Source of the DNA: Macrostomum hystrix
Taxonomy: Eukaryota > Animalia > Platyhelminthes
Assembly: GCA_950097015.1 (NCBI GenBank)
Contig: CATNEN010000038.1
Location: 34,100,001-34,164,000 of the forward strand
Length of the DNA: 64,000 nt
Reading direction: 5' to 3'
A program made the translations under genes and the position numbers. The notes under the pieces are model-generated. The model was not told the origin of the DNA, made no database searches, and worked only from the letters and a program-made list of their open reading frames with translations. This document shows, piece by piece, positions 47,301 to 59,900 of this stretch; within the stretch, counting starts at the first letter, position 1; every line of letters begins with the position of its first letter.

Positions 47301-50300
47301 ATGGTGGTGTCACCTGATAATGGGATGTCACCAGATAAGGCAGGTGTAAGCGAGCGGTACCCTGATAATTGAGGTGTCACTTGATAATTGAGGTGTCACC
47401 TGATAATGGAGGTGTCACCTGATAATGGTGGTGTCACCTGATAATGGTGGTGTCACCTGATAATGGAGGTGTCACCTGATAATTGAGGTATCACCTGATA
47501 ATTGAGGTGTCACCTGATAAGGGAGGTATCACCTGATAAGGGAGGTATCACCTTATAATGAAGGTGTCACTTAATAATGGAGGTGTCACCTGATAATGGA
47601 GTGCCACCTGATAATAGAATGCCACCTGATAAGGGAGGTGGCACTTAATAATTGAGGTGTCACCTGATAATTGATGGTGTCACCTGATAATGGACTGACA
47701 CCAGATAAGGCAGGTGTATGCGAGAGGTTCCCTGATAATTGAGGTGTCACTTGATAATGGAGGTGTCACCTGATAATGGTGGTGTCACTTGATAATTGAG
47801 GTGTCACCTGATAATGGAGGTGTCACCTGATAATGGTGATGTCACTTGATAATGGAGGTGTCACCTGATAATGGAGGTGTCACCTGATAATAGAGGTATC
47901 ACCTGATAATTAAGGTGTCACCAGATAAATGAGGTATCACCTTATAATGAAGGTGTCACTTAATAATGGAGGTGTCTCCTGATAATTGTGGTGTCACCTG
48001 ATAATGGAATGCCACCTGATAAGGGAGGTGTCACTTAATAATTGAGGTGTCACCTGATAATGGTGGTGTCACCTGATAATAGAGGTGTCACCTGATAGTT
48101 GAGGTATCACCTGATAATTGAGGTGTCACCTGATAAGGGAGGTATCACCTTATAATGAAGGTGTCACTTAATAATGGAGGTGTCTCCTGATAATGGTGGT
48201 GTCAACTGATAATGGAATGCCACCTGATAAGGGAGGTGGCACTTAATAATTGAGGTGTCACCTGATAATTGAGGTGTCACTTGATAATGGAGGTGTCACC
48301 TGATAATGGTGGTGTCACTTGATAATTGAGGTGTCACCTGATAATGGAGGTGTCACCTGATAATGGTGATGTCACTTGATAATGGAGGTGTCACCTGATA
48401 ATTGAGGTGTCACCTCATAAGGGAGGTATCACCTTATAATGAAGGTGTCACTTAATAATGGAGGTGTCAACTGACAATGGAGTGCCACCTGATAATGGAA
48501 TGCCACCTGATAAGGGAGGTGTCACTTAATAATTGAGGTGTCACCTGATAATGGAGGTGTCACCTGATAATTGTGGTATTACCTGATAATTGATGTGTCA
48601 CCTGATAAGGGAGGTATCACCTGATAATGAAGGTGTCACTTAATAATGGAGGTGTCACCTGATAATGGAGGTGTCACCTGATAATTGAGGTGTCACCTGA
48701 TAATGGAATGCCACCTGATAAGGGAGGTGTCACTTAATAATTGAGGTGTCACCTGATAATGGTGGTGTCACCTGATAATAGAGGTGTCACCTGATAGTTG
48801 AGGTATCACCTGATAATTGAGGTGTCACCTGATAAGGGAGGTATCACCTTATAATGAAGGTGTCACTTAATAATGGAGGTGTCTCCTGATAATGGTGGTG
48901 TCACCTGATAATGGAATGCCACCTGATAAGGGAGGTGGCACTTAATAATTGAGGTGTCACCTGATAATGGTGGTGTCACCTGATAATGGGATGTCACCAG
49001 ATAAGGCAGGTGTAAGCGAGCGGTACCCTGATAATTGAGGTGTCACTTGATAATTGAGGTGTCACCTGATAATGGAGGTGTCACCTGATAATGGTGGTGT
49101 CACCTGATAATGGTGGTGTCACCTGATAATGGAGGTGTCACCTGATAATTGAGGTATCACCTGATAATTGAGGTGTCACCTGATAAGGGAGGTATCACCT
49201 GATAAGGGAGGTATCACCTTATAATGAAGGTGTCACTTAATAATGGAGGTGTCACCTGATAATGGAGTGCCACCTGATAATAGAATGCCACCTGATAAGG
49301 GAGGTGGCACTTAATAATTGAGGTGTCACCTGATAATTGATGGTGTCACCTGATAATGGACTGTCACCAGATAAGGCAGGTGTAAGCGAGAGGTTCCCTG
49401 ATAATTGAGGTGTCACTTGATAATGGAGGTGTCACCTGATAATGGTGGTGTCACTTGATAATTGAGGTGTCACCTGATAATGGAGGTGTCACCTGATAAT
49501 GGTGGTGTCACTTGATAATGGAGGTGTCACCTGATAATGGAGGTGTCACCTGATAATGGAGGTATCACCTGATAATTAAGGTGTCACTAGATAAATGAGG
49601 TATCACCTTATAATGAAGGTGTCACTTAATAATGGAGGTGTCTCCTGATAATTGTGGTGTCACCTGATAATGGAATGCCACCTGATAAGGGAGGTGTCAC
49701 TTAATAATTGAGGTGTCACCTGATAATGGTGGTGTCACCTGATAATAGAGGTGTCACCTGATAGTTGAGGTATCACCTGATAATTGAGGTGTCACCTGAT
49801 AAGGGAGGTATCACCTTATAATGAAGGTGTCACTTAATAATGGAGGTGTCTCCTGATAATGGTGGTGTCACCTGATAATGGAATGCCACCTGATAAGGGA
49901 GGTGGCACTTAATAATTGAGGTGTCACCTGATAATGGTGGTGTCACCTGATAATGGGATGTCACCAGATAAGGCAGGTGTAAGCGAGCGGTACCCTGATA
50001 ATTGAGGTGTCACTTGATTATTGAGGTGTCACCTGATAATGGAGGTGTCACCTGATAATGGTGGTGTCACCTGATAATGGTGGTGTCACCTGATAATGGA
50101 GGTGTCACCTGATAATTGAGGTATCACCTGATAATTGAGGTGTCACCTGATAAGGGAGGTATCACCTGATAAGGGAGGTATCACCTTATAATGAAGGTGT
50201 CACTTAATAATGGAGGTGTCACCTGATAATGGAGTGCCACCTGATAATAGAATGCCACCTGATAAGGGAGGTGGCACTTAATAATTGAGGTGTCACCTGA

Positions 50301-51638
50301 TAATTGATGGTGTCACCTGATAATGGACTGTCACCAGATAAGGCAGGTGTAAGCGAGAGGTTCCCTGATAATTGAGGTGTCACTTGATAATGGAGGTGTC
50401 ACCTGATAATGGTGGTGTCACTTGATAATTGAGGTGTCACCTGATAATGGAGGTGTCACCTGATAATGGTGGTGTCACTTGATAATGGAGGTGTCACCTG
50501 ATAATGGAGGTGTCACCTGATAATGGAGGTATCACCTGATAATTGAGGTGTCACCTCATAAGGGAGGTATCACCTTATAATGAAGGTGTCACTTAATAAT
50601 GGAGGTGTCAACTGACAATGGAGTGCCACCTGATAATGGAATGCCACCTGATAAGGGAGGTGTCACTTAATAATTGAGGTGTCACCTGATAATGGAGGTG
50701 TCACCTGATAATTGTGGTATTACCTGATAATTGAGGTGTCACCTGATAAGGGAGGTATCACCTGATAATGAAGGTGTCACTTAATAATGGAGGTGTCACC
50801 TGATAATGGAGGTGTCACCTGATAATGGAGGTGTCACCTGATAATTGAGGTGTCACTTGATAATGGAGGTGTCACCTGATAATGGAGGTGTCAATTGATA
50901 TTGTAGGTGTCACTTGATAATTGAGGTATAACCTTATAAAGGAGGTGTCACCTGATAATGTAGGTGTCACTTGAAAATATGAGTGTCACCAGATAAGGCA
51001 GGTGTCACTTGATAATGGAGGTGTCACCTGATAATTGAGGTGTCACCTGATAAGGGAGGTATCACCTGATAATGAAGGTGTCACTTAATAATGGAGGTGT
51101 CACTTGATAATTGAGGTGTCACCTGATAAGGGAGGTATCACCTGATAATGAAGGTGTCACTTAATAATGGAGGTGTCACTTGATAATTGAGTGTCACCTG
51201 ATAATGGAATGTCACCTGATAATGAAGGTGTCACCTAATAATGGAGGTGTCACTTGATAATTGAGTGTCACCTGTGTCACCTGACCTGTCGCCCGTCACT
51301 GAATTATCACCTTTGCTCCACATATCGGAAGCCCGCAACGAGAACGGATAATGACTGCAGACTGTAACAGCAGGAAACTTGGTCAAATTATTCAACAGAA
51401 TTGACGTCTGAATCGCTACATCGTAGTCTCGATAGTTGCCAATGACCATAATGCTAGAATAGAGCAGCATGACAAACATCACCAGTACAAATGAGAACCA
51501 GAGCGATCTCAGAAACAATGAATCAGATCTGGCAATCTTGGACACTCCGCGAAGAGAACTATTGCGACAGAAAAGGCTGCCTATTTCAGCAGAGACTGCG
51601 CGATCCTTCTCATTAGTTGCCAACTGTAGAGGCGACAT
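44352..51638 (-). CDS. DEG/ENaC (amiloride-sensitive sodium channel family) subunit, 5 exons, ~554 aa
   Basis: Minus-strand exons 51638-51311, 46560-46075, 45714-45438, 45353-45162, 44733-44352 (phases 1,1,2,2; 1665 nt). TM1 followed by FPAVTVC, YFNCYT, GLRLLLHE, a Cys-rich thumb (YSYRAC...CGC) and TM2 SRIGGLCSLYLGLTMAFLVELVEFL. Confidence 0.92.
44757..45120 (+). repeat. 13/17-bp minisatellite (TGTGTCAG[TCAG]AGCTG)n in the last DEG/ENaC intron
   Basis: Same family as 43558-43930. Confidence 0.92.
46628..51285 (+). repeat. 19-bp palindrome-rich satellite (GTCACCTGATAATGGAGGT)n filling DEG/ENaC intron 1
   Basis: About 4.65 kb. Marker variants recur at 967- and 1666-bp offsets. Confidence 0.97.
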
Positions 51639-51984
51639 TTCGTCTCAAACTATCAACTTGGACGAATTATTAAGTTTCTGTATATATGTTACTGCACTGG
51701 CTGTTGAATTTGTCTTTATACTTGTGAGGGGTTGGGTAGGTGAACAGCTGCTCAGCGGAACTGTTCTGAGAAGTTTAAGAGTATATAATATCACTTAATA
51801 TGTAAAATTCAATACGCATTTATAAGTTTTAGAAACTAATATGTATTGGACACACACAAGAAATAGGATATGATAATAGCTGTATTTTTTAAACTGGGAA
51901 AGACATAAAATTTCAGAGTAGTTGGTACGTATTTCACGCTTCTAAATTCCTATAAGAAACTGAATTTACATTCAGTTTTTTCCA

Positions 51985-52570
51985 TTCCTACTCGAATCTC
52001 ACCCTATCCTACTCGAATCTCACTTTATCCTACTCGAATCTCACTTTATCCTACTCGAATCTCACCCTACCCTACTCGAATCTCACTTTATCCTACTCGA
52101 ATCTCACTTTATCCTACTCGAATCTCACCCTATCCTACTCGAATCTCACCCTATCCTACTCGAATCTCACCCTATCCTACTCGAATCTCACTTTATCCGA
52201 CTCGAATCTCACCCTATCCTACTCGAATCTCACCCTATCCTACTCGAATCTCACTTTATCCGACTCGAATCTCACCCTATCCTACTCGAATCTCACCCTA
52301 TCCTACTCGAATCTCACTTTATCCTACTCGAATTTCACTCTATCCTACTCGAATCTCACTTTATCCTACTCGAATCTCACCCTATCCTACTCGAATCTCA
52401 CTCTATCCCACTCGAATCTCACTTTACCCTACTCGAATCTCACTTTATCCTACCTGAATCTCACTTTATCCTACTCGAATCTCACTTTATCCTACTCGAA
52501 TCTCACTTTATCCTAATCGAATCTCACCCTATCCTACTCGAATCTCACCCTATCCTACTCGAATCTCACT
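51985..52570 (+). repeat. 21-bp minisatellite (TCCTACTCGAATCTCAC[T/C][T/C]TA)n
   Basis: About 28 units upstream of the DEG/ENaC start codon. Confidence 0.95.
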
Positions 52571-53027
52571 ATTAGTTCCATGAATAAATTAAGTGTGAAC
52601 ATGGAAATCAGTTTGAATAATTACTTTTCCATTTAAGTTTTAAAGATAAGGCACACAGCGCCCTTGAATAAATTGTAGTTATTTTCAGCTAAATAAAAAA
52701 ATGGTGTTGATTTAGCAACAAGTCACAATTTTATTTATACTTTATTGTAAAAGTTTGCCACCATCAGCAATAATAACAATAAAATGTTGTTTTACTAGAA
52801 ATGAAAATATGAGAACATACTAGAATTTCGAATAAGAACTTGGAGATTGGAGATTCAATGCGAAAGACAAAAAACTGATTTTACGAGCTATTAGGCAAAA
52901 AGCCTTAAATGAGAACAATATTAAAAAACTGCCTCAAATAAAACACAAGCTTTTCCATTACGTACCATAACGTTGCAAAAATATTGGTATTACTGTTGAA
53001 ATTAAAAGTGTCTCAAATGTTAGGTTA

Positions 53028-53292
53028 CGCAGTGGAGTGGGGTTGGCGTAATAGTGATGACTCATCGCAGTAGAGTGGGGTTGGCGTATTATGATGACTC
53101 ATCGCAGTGGAGTGGGGTTGGCGTATTAGAGATGATTCATCGCAGTGGAGTGGGGTTGGCGTATTATGATGACTCATCACAGTGGAGTGGGGTTGGCGTA
53201 TTATGATGGCTCATCGCAGTGGAGTGGGGTTGGCGTATTATGATGGCTCATCGCAGTGGAGTGGGGTTGGCGTATTATGATGACTCATCGCG
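53028..53292 (+). repeat. 37-bp tandem (GCAGTGGAGTGGGGTTGGCGTATTATGATGACTCATC)n
   Basis: About 7 copies, several containing TGACTCA. Confidence 0.93.
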
Positions 53293-53809
53293 GAACATGG
53301 AAGACATGGCAAAGATAAACTGCTAACTAATATGGGATGAGAAAATGTTAAGCGAAACTACTCGTATGTTAGAACGGCAATCGTGGCACATCACTGAAAT
53401 GTAGAAGTCTATAACTAAAATAATTATGGTTAAATACTGAAGAACTAACTCGCATAGTTCACATAAATTCACTAAAATCCACAAAAAGATCAGAGTAAAA
53501 TTGAAATGGGGCTCTACGCTCGTAAAATTAGAGTAAAAATGTTTTTCTAGAGATAAAATATGAATATCTTATAATGAATTCTTGCTTCATAATAGCATTT
53601 GTGAATTGTCAAAATATGTCATTTTGATGTCTTAAATCAATTAACGAAATCCAGCACATAATACAAGTTAGACTCTGGCCTCAGATTTCAAACCCATTGT
53701 TAATCGTGATACTCTTAACAGTAAAAACTATACAATATTTAAATATCTGAATCTTAAACCCCGGGACTCCAAAATATCAGTCTTTAACCTTAACATCTCA
53801 TACAATCCT

Positions 53810-53990
53810 AACTGAATCTCACTCTAATCCCACCTGAATCTCACTCTAATCCCACCTGAATCTCACTCTAATCCCACCTGAATCTCACTCTAATCCCACC
53901 TGAATCTCACTCTAATCCCACCTGAATCTCACTCTAATCCCACCTGAATCTCACTCTAATCCCACCTGAATCTCACTCTAATCCCACTGC
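53810..53990 (+). repeat. 22-bp tandem (CCCACCTGAATCTCACTCTAAT)n
   Basis: About 8 perfect copies abutting the stop codon of the ANKRD28-like gene. Confidence 0.95.
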
Positions 53991-53999
53991 TCCTGAATC

Positions 54000-56900
54000 T
54001 CAAGCGGCAACTGAAGCTCTTCGACCGCCGGCAGCGGCGCTCATCATAGCGTCCAGCACAACCTTCAGGCAGTCGGCAGCCCGTTCAGAGGCTGCGCAGG
54101 CTAGCGCCGGCAGTCGGCCGGCCTGGTCGACGGCGAACAGGGGCGCGCCGCGCCTGACCAGAGCGGCTGTCACCTCCGGCAGGGCACAGGCGCAGGCCAG
54201 GTGAAGCGGCGTCCGTCCCGCATTGTCAGTCTGAGGAGGTTGAGGCGGTGGTTTCAGTAGGAAATTCCAGGGATTTCTGGTTGCGGCTTCTGCTTAGATT
54301 CTTCAGCTGTTTTGATATCTGCTTCGATTCTAGCGGTGCCTTGATTCGATTCCAGCTCCGACTTTTACTTCGATTCCAGCAAAAAATTTTGCTTAGATTC
54401 GACCGACAACTTTTGCTTCGATTCCAGCCACGATTTCCGCAGAGACTCACCGACTCCACCAGTCGTCCAGCGTCGGGCAGCAGGCGCAGAAGCGCCAAGG
54501 CGGCGGCGCCGTCGCGGCCAGCGCAGGCGCGGTGCAAGCAGCTGGCGCCGTCAGCTGGATCGCGCGCCTCCGGCGATGCGCCAGCCTCCAGCAGCGTCTC
54601 GAGGAGAGCCTCGGTGCGCGCTTCGTCCCAACCGACCGGTGGCCTCGTTGAAGCGGCCGCAGTGGCCGTTAACAGCGGCGTCCGACCGCGTCGATCAACG
54701 GCGTTTGCGGTGGCGCCGCGGCGGAGCAGAAGGTCGGCAGCGACGGCATGGCCGCCGGCTGCTGCCAGATGTAGCGGCGTCCGACCCAGACGATCGGTAC
54801 TGTCGACATGGAAAACAAACTTGTGCTGCTGCTGCTGCTGCTGCTTCTGAAGTTGGTGCTGATGCTGATGCTGCTGCTGCTGCTCGTGGTCTAGCAGGGC
54901 CTGAAGGCAGACGTCCTTCCCAGCGGCGGCTGCGCAGTGCAGCGGGCTGAAGCGGCTCCAGGCGGTGCCGCGGTCCCTGCCGCGGCGCAGAAGCAGGTTG
55001 AGGCTGGCCGCGAACCCGCCGGCGGCCGCCCAGTGCAACGGCGCGAACCCGTCGCTGTCAACTGCATCGGCAAAGTCACTGTCGTGTCCCGTGGCATCGG
55101 CGGCGTCCAACAGGCGGGCGATGGCGTCGACTCGGCCAACGGCGGCGGCCAGGTGAAGCGGACTACGCTGCTGTCGTGGCTCGGCGAGGCTTGGCCGGGC
55201 GCCGGCGGAGAGCAGCTTGCTGATGCAGACGGCGTGTCCGCAGGCTGCCGCCCGGTGAAGCGCCGTCAAGCCGTCAAAGTCGGCGGCGTTAGGCAGCGCT
55301 TTTGACTGATGGACGGAAACGGTTGCGTTGAAAAGAATGGCTGTATGTTAGTGTGCATGGACTGTCTGAAAGTGTCTATGAACAATATTTTAGTGTCTAT
55401 GGACAGTTTGTAGTGTCTATGAACAATATAATGTTTTAGTGCCTATGGACAGACAAGTAGAGTCTACGGACTAGCTGGAAGTGTCTATGGACAGTTTGTA
55501 GTGTCTATGAACAATGTTTTAGTGCCTATGGACAGACAGGTAGAGTCTACGGACTAGCTGGAAGTGTCTATGGACAGTTTGTAGTGTCTATGAACAATAT
55601 AATGTTTTAGTGCCTATGGACAGACAAGTAGAGTCTACGGACTAGCTGGAAGTGTCTATGGACAGTTTGTAGTGTCTATGAACAATGTTTTAGTGCCTAT
55701 GGACAGACAGGTAGAGTCTACGGACTAGCTGGAAGTGTCTATGGACAGTTTGTAGTGTCTATGAACAATGTTTTAGTGCCTATGGACAGACAGTTAGAGT
55801 CTACGGACTGGCTGGAAGTGTCTATGGACAGTCTGGAAGTGTCTATGGACATTAAGTTAGGGTCAATGGACTGTATGCCACACCTGGGATTACCAAGTGT
55901 CTTACCTCTAGCAGGACGTCCACAGCCTCAGCGTGTCCGTTCTGAGCAGCCAGCATCAGCGGCCGTCGGCCAAGCGCGTCTGTGGCTTCAACTGCGGCGG
56001 CGACAACGGCTGAAGCCCGGCCAGCCGGCGCATGCAACAGAGCCCGAAGGACGGCCGCGTGGCCTCCAGCGGCAGCGAAGTGCACCGCCGACCAGAGTCG
56101 GACGCGGTCGCGCACACCGCCTACCGCCGTGTCGTCAGCTCCGGTCTGCCCAGCGTCGGCGTCGTCTGCCAGCAGAACCCGAACAGCTGACAACCGGCCT
56201 CTGTAAGTATGTTTATTATAAATGGACAGTCAGCTAACTGATTGTATTCTAGCACGTTTAAAACATGCTTGAACTCACTGGGCCGCAGCCAAGTGCAGCG
56301 GTGTTCGACCTTCAGCATCGCCGCTGCCATCTAGAGCAGTCGGCAGCCGTCTGGCCAGCACCGCAAGAGCCTCGTCGCGACCGTGATAAGCAGCCAGGTG
56401 CTGCGGGCTGGCCGTCACAGCCACTGGCGCCGCGGCGGCGGCTACTAGAGCTGCAGCTGGGGTCGCTTCAACTAGAAGGGCGGCAGCCTCGGCGGCTGCC
56501 GACGCGACCGCCTGCGAAGCCAGGGCAAAGTGGAGCGGCAGGCGGCCGAGGCAGTCGCGCCTGCCGGCTCCGCTGCTGCCGCTGCCGCCACCGCCGCCGC
56601 CGCCAACCAACCGGCCAATCAGGCGAACATCGGCCGCCGCGGCCGCCAAATGTAGCGGCGTTCGACCTTCGGCGTCGGGTGCGTCGGCTAGTCGAGCGTC
56701 GTGATTCAGGAGAGCCAGGGCTACGGATTCATGGCCTCTGAGAAGACAAAAGCCAAGCAGAGAAACTGCTTAACCGGAATATCCGCATCTGTTAAACCAA
56801 GCGTAGCATCCGAATCCCACAACTATTTTTCTGACTAATCCATTCGCTAATCATTTATTCCTCACACAAAACCAAATGTTAAAGTTTTCGTCTGTCTATT

Positions 56901-59900
56901 TGTGTCTAAGGACTGTCTGCTTGTTGTGTCTATGGACTGTTTGATGGTGTCTATGGACTGTTTGATGGTGTCTATGGACTGTTGTCTGATGGACTGCCTG
57001 ATGGTGTCTTTTGGTCTATCTGTCTTACAGTATTTATGGACTGTTTGTCTTTTAGTGTCTATGGACTGTCTGGCAGTGTACTAGGACTGTGAAATTATAA
57101 TTCTTAGAAGCAGTCCTAATCTTTGAAACTTTAAGTATAAGATACACGGTAAGACGATAAGAAAATAATTATCTGCGATTTTGAACTCGTTAGCAACTGG
57201 TGGCATTGTTTCGCACGCATACCATCAATGCACGGGGTTTGGGGCCGCTAACAATGTTGCGGGGGGGCGGTTAGACAAAAGCAGACAATAAAACGAGTTA
57301 GGACTATGGCTGCTTGGAGTCTGGTTTGCTATTGATTTATCCTGAGTTTTTTCGTCCAACTCAATTGTTTATCAATGGTGCTCATATGAAGCGAATTTGA
57401 AAACCAATATTGGAAAGCTAGACCAAACTACCGTATGCGAGACTGCCTCTATGGACAGTCAGCATAAGGGACTTCTAGAAGACAGGCCATCAGGGACTTC
57501 TAGAACACAGGTATCAGGTACTCCTAGAACACAGCTATCAGGGACTTCTAGAACACAGGCATCAGGGACTCCTAGAAGACAGGCATCAGGGACTCCTAGA
57601 AGACAGGCATCAGGGACTTCAGAACACAGGCATCAGGGACTTCAGAACACAGGTATCAGGTACTCCTAGAAGACAGGCATCAGGGACTTCTAGAAGACAG
57701 GCATCAGGGACTTCTAGAAGACAGGCATAAGGGACTTCAGAACACAGGCATCAGGGACTTCTAGAACACAGGTATCAGGTACTCCTAGAACACAGGCATC
57801 AGGGACTTCAGAACACAGGTATCAGGTACTCCTAGAAGACAGGCATCAGGGACTTCTAGAAGACAGGCATCAGGGATTTCTAGAAGACAGGCATAAGGGA
57901 CTTCAGAACACAGGCATCAGGGACTTCTAGAACACAGATATCAGGTACTCCTAGAAGACAGGCATCAGGGACTTCTAGAACACAGCTAACAGGGACTTCT
58001 AGAACACAGGTTTCAGGTACTCCTAGAACACAGGTATCAGGTACTTCTAGAAGACAGGCATCAGGGACTCCTAGAACACAGGCATCAGGGACTTCTAGAA
58101 GACAGGCATCAGGGACTTCTAGAAGACAGGCATAAGGGACTTCAGAACACAGGCATCAGGGACTTCTAGAAGACAGGCATCAGGGACTTCTAGAACACAG
58201 GCATCAGGGACTTCTAGAAGACAGGCATCAGGGACTCCTAGAACACAGGCATCAGGGACTTCTAGAAGACAGGCATCAGGGACTTCTAGAACACAGGCAT
58301 CAGGGACTTCTAGAAGACAGGCATCAGGGACTTCTAGAAGACAGGCATCAGGGACTTTTAGAACACAGGCATCAGGGACTTCTAGAACACAGGCATCAGG
58401 TACTTCTAGAAGACAGGCATCAGGGACTTCTAGAACACAGGCATCAGGGACTTCTAGAACACAGGCATCAGGGACTTCTAGAACACAGGCATCAGGGACT
58501 TCTAGAACACAGGCATCAGGGACTTCTAGAACACAGGCATTAGGGACTTCTAGAACACAGGCATCAGGGACTTCTAGAACACAGGCATCAGGGACTTCTA
58601 GAACACAGGCATCAGGGACTTCTAGAACACAGGCATCAGGGACTTCTAGAACACAGGCATCAGTGACTTCTAGAAGACAGGTATCAGGGACTTCTAGAAC
58701 ACAGGCATCAGGGACTTCTAGAAGACAGGCATCAGGGACTTCTAGAAGACAGGCATCAGGGACTTCTAGAACACAGGCAAAAGTCGCCGAGTGTTTACCT
58801 GGCCGCTGCCAGGTGCAGGGGTCCTCGGCCGGCCCTGTCCACGGCGCTAGGATCGGCGCCGCGCTCCAGCAGGTGTTGAACCACGTCGGCCCGGCCGGCG
58901 GCTGCGGCGGCGTGTAGGCAGGTCCGGCCGTGACTGTCCACCCTGGCCAGGCCGTCGGCCGGGTCGGCAAGCCGCAGCCGTTGGACGCAGCCGATGAAGC
59001 CGGCTAGGCAGGCCAGGTGAAGCGCCGTCATGCCACCGGGTCCGGCTGGAGCGGAGGCGGCCGCGCCGGCTCGAAGCAGCGCCTCCAGTAGCAGCTGATG
59101 GCCGCCAAGAGCGCCGATGCCGAGCGGCGTGAAGCCGGCCGAGTCGGCGGCTTCGACGTTGGCCCGAGCGGCCAGGAGGGTCTGGGCCCGGCTGGCCCGA
59201 CCGTGCAGGGCGGCCACGTGCAGTGGAGTCCGGCCCGCGTTGCAGCGGACCCGAACGCTGGCGTATTCGTTAATGAGCCAGTCCAGGCAGAGGGCCGAGT
59301 GCGAGCCTGCGACATTCGATTCCATTGTGTGCTTAGATTGAGGGTCTACTGACTCCATTGGGGGGTCAACTGACTTTTATTGGGGGGTCAACTGACTCCA
59401 TTGGGGGGTCAACTGACTCTTGGGGGTAAACTGACTGTTTTGGGGGTCAACTGACACTCCTGAAGGGTCAGCTGACTGTCCTGAAGGGTCAACTGACTGT
59501 TTTTGGGTTCAGCTGACTGTCCTGAAGGGTCAACTGACTGTTTTTTTTATTTCAGCTGACTGTCCTGAAGGGTCATAAAATAGTACGTGTACGAGCGTAA
59601 AATACGGTAACATTGCGCAATAGTCATTTCCAGGAAACGAACCCGCAGCGGACACATGCATCGCAGTCTGGCCGAGATTATTTTTTGCCTCCAAATTGGC
59701 GTCGGCCAGCTCGTGGCACACCTGATCGAAACCGTTCAGGCAGGCCACGTGCAGCGCCGTGTTTCCAGCGTTGGTGGCCGATTCGCTGTCGGCGCCAAGC
59801 GAGATCAGGCGCCGCACGGCCAGCACGTGACCGCAGGCGGCGGCCGCGTGCAGAGCCGTATAGCCCAGCTCGTCTGGGGCGTTTAACTCGGCGCCGTGTC

